NCBI GenBank assembly: GCA_903825105.1
Contig: CAIJZI010000009.1
Location: 216-64,215, forward strand
Length of the DNA stretch: 64,000 bases
Reading direction: 5' to 3'
DNA from: an uncultured bacterium
Lineage (GTDB): Bacteria; Patescibacteriota; Minisyncoccia; Phycocordibacterales; Phycocordibacteraceae
The first letter of the stretch is position 1. Every line of letters begins with the position of its first letter. Of the stretch, positions 29,293 through 37,672 are shown piece after piece. The notes beneath the pieces were generated by a model. That model saw nothing but the letters and a program-made list of their open reading frames with translations, did not search any database and was not told where the DNA came from. A program made the translations under genes and the position numbers.

Positions 29293-29640
29293 ATGAAGAG
29301 ACTGCTCTTTCTGCTCAGTTTTGCGGCCATTTTGGCCACTATTACCGCCCTGCCGGCCAACGCAGCCATCCCGGCCAATACCGTCACTTCCACCATCTCG
29401 ACCTCGACGACCACCGCCTTTGTCCCGACCCCGCCGCCGGCAACGGCACGGCCCAGCGATGCGCTGATGCTGCCAGGATTGACGGCCACGGACAAGCCGC
29501 AGCCAGCGCAGCGACTCACGGCATTCTTGCCGATGCCGCCGCCTCCTCCTCCGGACCTTCCGCCGCCACCGCCGGACCCGAACGCGCCTCCTCCGAGGTG
29601 TGAGTATCTCATCGACCTTCTGAACCCTGCGTGCTGGTAG
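29293..29640 (+). CDS. Secreted Thr/Pro-rich protein
   Basis: Signal peptide, poly-Pro, two C-terminal Cys; terminator 29646-29683. Confidence 0.55.
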   Translation: MKRLLFLLSFAAILATITALPANAAIPANTVTSTISTSTTTAFVPTPPPATARPSDALMLPGLTATDKPQPAQRLTAFLPMPPPPPPDLPPPPPDPNAPPPRCEYLIDLLNPACW

Positions 29641-29750
29641 CACCGCCCCCGAAGCGAGTTTCTCGCTTCGGGGATTCTTTTTTTATAAACAATCGTCTGT
29701 TCCCCACGCGCAAAACAAAAAACGCCTTTGGGAGGGCGTTTTTTGTTTTG

Positions 29751-29824
29751 CGCGGTCGACCGGACTTGAACCGGCAACCTTCCGCGTGACAGGCGGATGC
29801 TCTAACCAGTTGAGCTACGACCGC
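29751..29824 (-). tRNA. tRNA-Asp(GTC)
   Basis: GCGGTCG/CGACCGC; TCCGC-CTGTCAC-GCGGA. Confidence 0.96.
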
Positions 29825-29980
29825 AAATGAGAAGCAATATGACTGTCCTTAGTTATATTCTTCGAATTTGCGAGGCGTATGAGTTTTGCTCATACGACCG
29901 CAGAGCGAAGAACCAAAGTGAAAATGAATTTTCACTTTTTCTGAGCGATGCGGTCGAAAGCCCGTAGGGCTTACAACCGC
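29825..29980 (-). repeat. Palindromic leader with two extra copies of the tRNA-Asp 5' end
   Basis: GCGGTCGTA at 29901-893 and GCGGTTGTA at 29980-972. Confidence 0.7.
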
Positions 29981-30028
29981 ATTTCCATACTACCAAATTT
30001 CTTAAAATTTTGTTAGTGTTGAGATACA

Positions 30029-30106
30029 GCTGGTGTATGATTACATACATTCAGCTCGTTCGGAGAACACAAATGTTCGAAGACGCACATTTGTGTTTCT
30101 TCACTC
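30029..30106 (+). repeat. Palindromic leader with a duplicated tRNA(CAT) 5' end
   Basis: GCTGGTGTA at 30029 and 30107; TCGTTCGGA..TTCACTC element. Confidence 0.72.
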
Positions 30107-30180
30107 GCTGGTGTAGCTCAGGTAGTTAGAGCATGGCACTCATAAAGCCAAGGTCGAAGGTGCAAGTCCTTCCACCAGCA
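30107..30180 (+). tRNA. tRNA with CAT anticodon (elongator Met or Ile2)
   Basis: GCTGGTG/CACCAGC; CTCATAA loop; no initiator features. Confidence 0.85.
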
Positions 30181-30185
30181 CAAAA

Positions 30186-31979
30186 TTAGTCGTTTGATAT
30201 AAACCCTCCCGCCTGAATCTCCCAGAGTTTTTTATAGAGATTACTTTCTTTCGCGAGGAGCTCGCTGTGCGTACCCGAGACCGCGACTTTCCCCTCTTCC
30301 ATAATAATCAGGCGATCCATATGCATCACCGTCGAGAGGCGGTGCGCGATCACGATAACCGTCTTCCCTTCCATCAAGACTTTCAGCGAATCTTGAATAA
30401 ACTTTTCTGATTCAGAATCGAGACTTGAGGTCGCTTCGTCGAGGACAAGTATCGGCGCATCTTTTAAAATCGCGCGCGCAATCGCGACGCGCTGACGCTC
30501 GCCGCCCGAGAGCTTCACGCCGCGCTCGCCAACCATCGTATTAAACTTTTCTGGATAGCGATCGATAAATTCGTAGCAGTGTGCCTCCTTCGCTGCTTCA
30601 ATCACCTCTTCGTCGGTCGCGCTTTGGCGGCCATAACGAATATTCTCCATAAGCGAGCGGTGAAAGAGTATCGGCTCCTGCGAGACGAAGGCGATCGAGG
30701 TGCGTAAGCTCTCTTGTGTCACTTTTGAAATATCCTGGCTGTCTATCTCTATCGCGCCACTATTTATATTGTACAAACGAAGAAGGAGTTTAACGAGTGT
30801 CGACTTCCCTGCGCCTGAAGAGCCAACAATCGCGACCTTTTCGCGCGGCGCGATATCGAGAGAGAAATGTTCAAGCACTTCGCGATTTTTTTCATCATAA
30901 TGAAAGTTCACTTCGCTAAATGAAATCGCGCCTTCGGTAACCTGAAGAGGCGGAGCATTTGGAACATCCTGAATCCCGTGTGGCAGCTCCATAATGTCGA
31001 ACATCTCGGTTGCATCGGCGAATGCACTGTAGAGCTGATTCATACTTCTCCCAATACCCCAGACGCGATCGATAATGCCAAGAATATAGACCTGAATAAG
31101 CACAATGTCTCCCACTGTCACGACTCCCTTTCCCCACAAGACTACTGCGCCACCAAGAAGGGCTAATTCTATAAAAATAGCCATCAGTCCTTGTATGCTC
31201 GTAATACGCATACTTGCATTCCACGCGCGTCTCGTCGCCACATACCACTGATTAATCAATTTCCCAAACTGCGAACTTTCATACTGAGCTGAAGCAAATG
31301 CGGTTATGGTGGTGTGATTACTTATCGAATCTGAAATGTGCCCAGTGAGCGCGCTGTCTTCTGCTGTCCGAGCTGCGCGCAATACCTGGAACGAGCGCAT
31401 CATGCGAAACTGAATATAGATAAAAACAACTGCCCAGATAAAAAGACCGGCACCAAGCCACACGCTACGAAGCGAAAGTATCCAGACAACACCAACCACA
31501 AAGAGGAGTGTCGGCAGGAAATTGTAAGTAGCAATATCAAACACTTGTTCAAAAGAAGTCGAGTAGCGTGTCGCCCGGCGCGTTAAGGTGCCGGTAAAAT
31601 TGGAGATGAAAAATTCGTGCGCGTGACCAAGCAGCTTATCGTACGCATTTTTATAGAGATCGGTCATTACTTTTGATTCGACCTGTTGACTTGCCAGCGT
31701 ACCCACTCTATCGCCAATCCAGCTCACGAGATTCATCACACCAAACAAAATAAGCGCTACGAAAATTGCTGTCACGACAGTAGCAGAAGGTGTACCTGTC
31801 GAGAGGAGGTTCACGAATTGGCGGAGATAAAGTGGAGCGAATATTCCGGCCACTTGCGCGATTATTATTCCAACAACAGTGGCGGTTAATGCCCACGGGT
31901 AGACAAAAGTCGCTTTGCCATAAGCACGAAGCACGGGCCAAACACGCGCTGGTTTTTTATCTTTTGGAGCTGATTCCAT
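30186..31979 (-). CDS. ABC exporter, fused TMD-NBD (MsbA/Atm1-like)
   Basis: Six TM plus GSSGAGKST, LSGGERQR, LDEATS. Confidence 0.92.
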   Translation of the reverse strand: MESAPKDKKPARVWPVLRAYGKATFVYPWALTATVVGIIIAQVAGIFAPLYLRQFVNLLSTGTPSATVVTAIFVALILFGVMNLVSWIGDRVGTLASQQVESKVMTDLYKNAYDKLLGHAHEFFISNFTGTLTRRATRYSTSFEQVFDIATYNFLPTLLFVVGVVWILSLRSVWLGAGLFIWAVVFIYIQFRMMRSFQVLRAARTAEDSALTGHISDSISNHTTITAFASAQYESSQFGKLINQWYVATRRAWNASMRITSIQGLMAIFIELALLGGAVVLWGKGVVTVGDIVLIQVYILGIIDRVWGIGRSMNQLYSAFADATEMFDIMELPHGIQDVPNAPPLQVTEGAISFSEVNFHYDEKNREVLEHFSLDIAPREKVAIVGSSGAGKSTLVKLLLRLYNINSGAIEIDSQDISKVTQESLRTSIAFVSQEPILFHRSLMENIRYGRQSATDEEVIEAAKEAHCYEFIDRYPEKFNTMVGERGVKLSGGERQRVAIARAILKDAPILVLDEATSSLDSESEKFIQDSLKVLMEGKTVIVIAHRLSTVMHMDRLIIMEEGKVAVSGTHSELLAKESNLYKKLWEIQAGGFISND

Positions 31980-32014
31980 AAAATTATTCTAACATTTTTT
32001 GTTATACTGGCTCT

Positions 32015-33313
32015 ATGAATAGAACGATACAGAACTTTGAGGAGTTGGCTAAAAATGATTTGCGAAATGACGCGCTTTTAATCGCTGAAGCTGGATATGA
32101 AGCGATACAGGTCGGCAATGCATTAAAAAATAAATTACATATTGAAAACGGCGAGCTGACGGTCGGCGACAAAAAATATGCGCTTCTGAACCGGCGCATA
32201 TTTTTTGTCGGTGTTGGTAAGTGTGCGTTTGTCGCCGCTCACGCGGCGGAGGAATTATTTGAAGATTTTCTTACCAGCGGCATCGCACTCGATGTTTCAG
32301 ATGATGAAAAAAATTCTCTGAAAAAAATAGAAAAAAGTGTCGGCACCCACCCCCTCCCTAGCGAAGAAAATGTACAAGCAACAAGGAAAATTCTTGAACT
32401 TCTTTCGAATCTCACCCCTGATGATCTGGTTATTATGATCATTTCTGGCGGTGGTTCTACCCTCCTCTGCCAGCCGCCCGAAAAAATGACTTATGAAGAC
32501 GAGATCGCGATTTTTAAAGCACTCACCGCGCAGGGCGCGCCGATTCAAGAATTAAATGTCGTGCGTAAGCATTTGTCGCTCGCGCGCGGCGGCAATCTAG
32601 CAAAAGCTGCGTATCCGGCTGAAGTGCTTTCGCTCGTCGTCTCTGATGTGCCGGGAAATGATATTGAGTTTATTTCTTCAGGGCCGACCGTACTCGACTC
32701 GTCGACCATAGACGATGCAAAAAAGATTTTAGAAAAATATGCGGTCAATTCTGAAAAAATAGTTCTCCTCGAAACGCCCAAAGAAGAAAAGTATTTTGAA
32801 CGCGTATCGACACTTTTATTTTTATCGAGTCGCGACGCGCTTCTCTCGATGCTCCGGGAAGCGATTAAGCGAGGCTACGCTGCGCAGATAATTGATGAGA
32901 AATTTAAAGGTGAGGCGCGCGAGATTGGTAGATTGGTAACAGAAAAACTTCACGAGGCGACGCCTCGTGGTGTGATGCTTTACGCAGGCGAGAGCACCGT
33001 CACTTTTACTGAGGTTCAACCTCCGGAAAGTAAAGGTGGCAGAAATCAAGAAATAGCACTTTCTGCACTCGAGCATATAAAAGAAGACGAGATCGTCATC
33101 CCCTTTGCATCAGACGGGCACGACAACACCGACCACGCGGGCGCGATCGCAGATTCTACGACGCTTTTACATGCACAAGAAAAAAATCTTTCTCTTTCTG
33201 ACTATCTCGAGGCACACAATTCATATGAATTCTTTTCCACAACGAATGATGCGCTTATTACAGGCTATACTGGAAGCAATGTGGCAGATCTTATTATCGC
33301 GATTAAAAAATAA
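32015..33313 (+). CDS. Glycerate 2-kinase (DUF4147/MOFRL family)
   Basis: HPLP, ISGGGS, SDVPG..ISSGPT, GGRNQE, TGSNVAD. Confidence 0.88.
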   Translation: MNRTIQNFEELAKNDLRNDALLIAEAGYEAIQVGNALKNKLHIENGELTVGDKKYALLNRRIFFVGVGKCAFVAAHAAEELFEDFLTSGIALDVSDDEKNSLKKIEKSVGTHPLPSEENVQATRKILELLSNLTPDDLVIMIISGGGSTLLCQPPEKMTYEDEIAIFKALTAQGAPIQELNVVRKHLSLARGGNLAKAAYPAEVLSLVVSDVPGNDIEFISSGPTVLDSSTIDDAKKILEKYAVNSEKIVLLETPKEEKYFERVSTLLFLSSRDALLSMLREAIKRGYAAQIIDEKFKGEAREIGRLVTEKLHEATPRGVMLYAGESTVTFTEVQPPESKGGRNQEIALSALEHIKEDEIVIPFASDGHDNTDHAGAIADSTTLLHAQEKNLSLSDYLEAHNSYEFFSTTNDALITGYTGSNVADLIIAIKK

Positions 33314-33325
33314 TTAAAAAATAAT

Positions 33326-35746
33326 ATGGCAAAACCATTTATTCTTTGGTTCGAAGAAATCAGTATGAAGGATGTCGGCCAAGTCGGCGGGAAGAACGCT
33401 TCGCTTGGCGAGATGGTACGCGACCTCGAGCCAAAGGGCGTGAAGATTCCGCACGGCTTCGCGATTACTGCTGAAGCCTATTATTACTTTTTAAAACAAA
33501 CCGGTCTCGATGATTTTATAGAGAAGACGCTGAATAAATTGAATACAAAAAATCTAAAAGAGCTCTCGCGCTGTGCGAAGCTAGTGCGCGATGCGATTCG
33601 CTCGACGCCACTCCCCGAGGGTCTCGCCAAAGAAATTAAAGAAGCGTACGCAAAGATGGAAAAAGAATACGGCAGAAATGTCGATGTCGCTGTGCGTTCA
33701 AGCGCGACTGCTGAAGACTTGCCTGGCGCGTCGTTCGCGGGCGAACAAGAGACCTATCTGAACATTCGTGGCGGCGACGCAGTCGTGCACGCTGCTATTT
33801 GGACGATGGCGTCCCTCTTCACCGACCGCGCGATCTCCTATCGCGCCGACAAAGGATTCGATCATATGAAGGTCGCTCTCTCGGTTGGAGTACAGAAGAT
33901 GGTGCGGAGCGACAAGGGCGCGTCAGGCGTTATGTTCACCGTCGATACTGAAAGTGGTTTTAAAGATCTGGTGCTTATTAACGCAGTTTGGGGCTTGGGC
34001 GAGATGATTGTGCAGGGGCATGTCACGCCAGATGAGTATTTGGTGATGAAATCGAAAATTGGAAAAGTAAAAAACCCTATCATTGCGAAAAAGCTCGGGG
34101 TGAAAAACTTGAAGATGCTCTACGCGCTCGGTAAGACAGGGATTAAACAAACAAAAGTGGTAAAAACTTCTCCTACGGAGCAATCGCATTTCGTTTTAGA
34201 AGAACGCGAGGTGCAGAAGCTCGCCGTATGGGCAGCGCTTATCGAAGAACATTATTCGACACGAGCAAAGGTCTGGACACCGATGGATATGGAATGGGCG
34301 AAGGATGGTGCGAGTGGCGAACTCTTTATCGTGCAGGCGCGCCCAGAAACGGTGCAGGCAGAACGCGACTTCTCAAAAATTGTTGAATACAAAGTCTCTG
34401 GTCAAGGTAAGGTGCTCGCTGAAGGAATCTCAGTTGGTTCGAAGGTCGCTTCGGGCGCTGTGCATGTGATTATGAGCACGAAACAGATTAAAGAATTTAA
34501 GAAGGGTGAAATACTCGTGACAACTATGACCGACCCCGACTGGGAGCCGATTATGAAAATGGCATCGGCGATTATTACTGACAAGGGTGGGCGCACGAGT
34601 CACGCCGCAATTGTCTCACGAGAGCTCGGGCTACCGGCGATCGTTGGCGCAGGGAACGCCACAAAAGTTTTGAAAACGGGAACGCTCGTGACCGTTGATG
34701 CGTCGGGAAGCGTCGGGATGATTACTGCGGGCAAAGCGAAGATCACGATGCGCGAGCATATCTTAAAGTCATTGCCAAAAACGAAGACAAAAATAATGGT
34801 GAATATCGCATCGCCAGATATTGCATTTGAAAATTCGTTTTTGCCGGTCTCGGGCGTCGGACTCGCGCGAGAAGAATTTATTATCGCGTCGAACATCGGC
34901 GTACACCCGCTCGCGATTCTTAATTATAAAAGGCTCACACCAAAATTGCGCAAAGCAATTTCTAAAAAGATGGCTGGCTGGAAAGATCCGGTTGATTATT
35001 ATGTCGACAATCTCGCCTACGGCATCGCTAAAATCGCCGCAGCCTTTTCTCCACGACCAGTCGTTGTTCGATTCTCTGACTTCAAGACCAATGAATACGC
35101 GACGCTGCTCGGCGGAGAAGCCTATGAACCAAAAGAAGAAAACCCGATGCTCGGTTGGCGCGGTGCTTCTCGCTACTACGATCCAAAGTTTAAAAATGCG
35201 TTCGCACTCGAATGCCGCGCCTTCGTCAAAGCGCGCGAAGAAATGGGGCTCGACAACATTATCCCGATGATTCCCTTCTGTCGTACTATTGGCGAAGCAG
35301 AACAAGTCTTAAAAGTGATGGCAGAGAACGGCCTCGTCGCGAATTCGCTCGCGAAGAATGGGCGAAAAGGCGTACCGGTGTATGTGATGTGCGAGATCCC
35401 ATCGAACATTCTTCTCGCCGAAGAATTCTTGGATCTCTTTGACGGTATGTCGATTGGCTCAAACGATTTGACTCAACTCACCCTCGGCCTCGACCGCGAT
35501 TCTGGAATCGTGACGCATATCAGTAATGAAAATGATGAAGCGGTGCGCGCGCTTATTAGTACGATTATTCGAAAGTGTAAAGCGCGCGGGAAATATCTCG
35601 GCATCTGCGGTCAAGGGCCTTCTGACCTTCCCGACTTCGCCGAGTTCTTGGTCAAAGAAGGCATCCCGAGCATGTCGCTCAACCCTGACTCCGTTATCAA
35701 AACGCTCGAGAATATTGCTGAGATTGAGGAAAAACACGAGCGTTGA
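33326..35746 (+). CDS. ppsA: Phosphoenolpyruvate synthase
   Basis: VGGKNASLGEM, RSSATAED, TSHAAIVSRE, SIGSNDLTQ. Confidence 0.96.
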   Translation: MAKPFILWFEEISMKDVGQVGGKNASLGEMVRDLEPKGVKIPHGFAITAEAYYYFLKQTGLDDFIEKTLNKLNTKNLKELSRCAKLVRDAIRSTPLPEGLAKEIKEAYAKMEKEYGRNVDVAVRSSATAEDLPGASFAGEQETYLNIRGGDAVVHAAIWTMASLFTDRAISYRADKGFDHMKVALSVGVQKMVRSDKGASGVMFTVDTESGFKDLVLINAVWGLGEMIVQGHVTPDEYLVMKSKIGKVKNPIIAKKLGVKNLKMLYALGKTGIKQTKVVKTSPTEQSHFVLEEREVQKLAVWAALIEEHYSTRAKVWTPMDMEWAKDGASGELFIVQARPETVQAERDFSKIVEYKVSGQGKVLAEGISVGSKVASGAVHVIMSTKQIKEFKKGEILVTTMTDPDWEPIMKMASAIITDKGGRTSHAAIVSRELGLPAIVGAGNATKVLKTGTLVTVDASGSVGMITAGKAKITMREHILKSLPKTKTKIMVNIASPDIAFENSFLPVSGVGLAREEFIIASNIGVHPLAILNYKRLTPKLRKAISKKMAGWKDPVDYYVDNLAYGIAKIAAAFSPRPVVVRFSDFKTNEYATLLGGEAYEPKEENPMLGWRGASRYYDPKFKNAFALECRAFVKAREEMGLDNIIPMIPFCRTIGEAEQVLKVMAENGLVANSLAKNGRKGVPVYVMCEIPSNILLAEEFLDLFDGMSIGSNDLTQLTLGLDRDSGIVTHISNENDEAVRALISTIIRKCKARGKYLGICGQGPSDLPDFAEFLVKEGIPSMSLNPDSVIKTLENIAEIEEKHER

Positions 35747-35748
35747 TT

Positions 35749-36132
35749 ATGAATAAGGATTTCGACAAGTGGAACGAGATCAAAAAGAAGACAGAGACTG
35801 AAAGACCTCGTTTTTACACTGTGCGCGAAATCTGGTGGTGTCGAATTGGAGTAAATGTTGGCACGGAACAAGATGGCAATTCAGAAAATTTCGTCCGCCC
35901 AGCCCTTATTATTCTTGGGCTTGGAAGAAATGCGTGTGTCATTGTTCCACTTACCACTTCGAAACGAGAACACCCGCTCCGCATACCAGTCGGCATAATT
36001 GAAGGCCGCGAGGCGCGAGCAAATATCTCGCAATTGCGCGTTATCGATACGCGTCGACTAGGAGAAAAAATCTGTTTCCTCGATAAGGAGCATTTTACCA
36101 ATATACGAAAAGCCGTCAGGGATATGTTCTGA
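35749..36132 (+). CDS. PemK/MazF-family endoribonuclease toxin
   Basis: REIWWC.IG.NVGTEQ..RPALI..VPLTT..SQLRVID..RL. Confidence 0.85.
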   Translation: MNKDFDKWNEIKKKTETERPRFYTVREIWWCRIGVNVGTEQDGNSENFVRPALIILGLGRNACVIVPLTTSKREHPLRIPVGIIEGREARANISQLRVIDTRRLGEKICFLDKEHFTNIRKAVRDMF

Positions 36133-36186
36133 CGGCTTTTCGAACTTATTTCCCTCTCGCGAGGGTGAGGCCGAAGCCAACTGTTC
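36102..36186 (-). ncRNA. Putative three-way-junction sRNA convergent with pemK
   Basis: GAAC/GTTC closing GGC-UUCG-GCC and CCCUC-GCGA-GAGGG; 14-bp terminator spanning the pemK stop. Confidence 0.62.
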
Positions 36187-36190
36187 TAAC

Positions 36191-36235
36191 AGTGTATATC
36201 CGACGAGATCTGTGTCAATAGCTAATAGTGGATAA
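36191..36235 (-). promoter_or_regulatory. DnaA-like box plus sigma70 promoter
   Basis: TTATCCACT, N8, TTGACA, N16, TACACT. Confidence 0.68.
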
Positions 36236-36239
36236 CGCA

Positions 36240-36392
36240 TTATTCCTTCGCGCGCCAGTTTATTTCGAAAGAAATTGAATATTTGCCTGCAATCTTCCAT
36301 TTAGAAAATCTGAGGAAAAATAACTGAAATTTGTTTTCAGAAATCTTCCCGAATCCAAACCTGTTAAGTGTTAATTCTATGTCTATGACCAT
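36240..36392 (-). CDS. Putative 50-aa protein
   Basis: MVIDIELTLNRFGFGK...WRAKE; TATAAT 7 nt before ATG. Confidence 0.4.
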   Translation of the reverse strand: MVIDIELTLNRFGFGKISENKFQLFFLRFSKWKIAGKYSISFEINWRAKE

Positions 36393-36451
36393 ATCTGAGA
36401 TTATACACCCCTAAAATTTCTGTTGTATACTTAAATTTAAGTAATCTAATT

Positions 36452-37654
36452 ATGCGCATTGATCACCTTGAAGCCAGAGCGATTCTTGATACACGCAAGA
36501 AGCCGACCTTAGAGACGACGATTTCTGCGAACACTTTTACCGCCACAGCGTCGGTGCCATCGGGGAAAAGCACCGGCAGTCATGAAGCATGTGAACTGCG
36601 CGATAGTGACGGGAGCGTCGCGAGTGCGATTAAAAATGTAAATGAAGAAATCGCAGAAGCGATTATCGGCAAGCGTTTTGAATCGCTCGACGAGCTCGAT
36701 TCATTTCTTATCGAACTCGACGGCACGCCGAACAAGTCGCGCCTCGGCGCGAATGCGATTCTTTCTGTTTCTATTGCCGCAATGCGCCTCTCGGCGATGT
36801 TAAAAGATGTGCCACTCTGGAAAGCTATTTCAGAGCGAGCCGGAACGAAACCTCAGGCCCCGCGATTGTTTGTAAATGTAATGAATGGTGGAGTCCACGC
36901 AGATTTTAAATTGCCTTTCCAAGAATATATGCTCGTCGTTGAAGGAAAGACGAGCGAAGCACTGCCTATTGTCCAAGAAATTTTCGCGAAACTCGGCGAA
37001 CGACTTGGCGATGTGCCAATGGGCGACGAAGGCGGCTACGCGCCGACATTCGACACGATAGAAAAGCCATTTGAAATTCTCACTGATCTTATAAAAGAGT
37101 ATCCGAGCGTATCGATCGCGATCGACGCCGCCGCGAGTGAATTATTTCACAACGGTTCGTACGAATTGCTTAATAAAACATATGCGCCAGAAGAACTCAC
37201 TTCCATATATGGAAGTATCGTAAGTCAGTTCCCTATCCACTCGATCGAAGATCCTTTTTCTGAAAACTCTGGCGAAGATTTTGCGAAGTTAATGGCACAA
37301 TTAAACAGCCCCTCGACCAGACTCGGGGCGACCACGATTCTCGTGGTCGGCGACGATCTCACTGTGACAAATCCTGCCCGTATTAAAACAGCGACAGAAA
37401 ATAAAGAACTAAATGCAGTTTTAATTAAGCCGAATCAAATCGGCACGGTGAAAGAAGCGATTGAAGCTGTCCAGGCGACATATGCCGCAGGGTTCCAAGC
37501 TATCGCGTCGCATCGCTCGGGCGAAACGATGGACACTTTCATAGCTGACTTCGCCTACGGCGTCGGCGCGCACGGCATCAAAGCCGGTGGCTTGGGCCAA
37601 AAGGAGCGTCTCGAGAAATATAAACGCCTGCTCGAAATAGAGAAAGAAGCATAA
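36452..37654 (+). CDS. eno: Enolase
   Basis: VPSGKSTG, GDEGG, SIEDP, VGDDL, KPNQIG, SHRSGET. Confidence 0.95.
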   Translation: MRIDHLEARAILDTRKKPTLETTISANTFTATASVPSGKSTGSHEACELRDSDGSVASAIKNVNEEIAEAIIGKRFESLDELDSFLIELDGTPNKSRLGANAILSVSIAAMRLSAMLKDVPLWKAISERAGTKPQAPRLFVNVMNGGVHADFKLPFQEYMLVVEGKTSEALPIVQEIFAKLGERLGDVPMGDEGGYAPTFDTIEKPFEILTDLIKEYPSVSIAIDAAASELFHNGSYELLNKTYAPEELTSIYGSIVSQFPIHSIEDPFSENSGEDFAKLMAQLNSPSTRLGATTILVVGDDLTVTNPARIKTATENKELNAVLIKPNQIGTVKEAIEAVQATYAAGFQAIASHRSGETMDTFIADFAYGVGAHGIKAGGLGQKERLEKYKRLLEIEKEA

Positions 37655-37672
37655 ACAATGTAAAATAAACAC

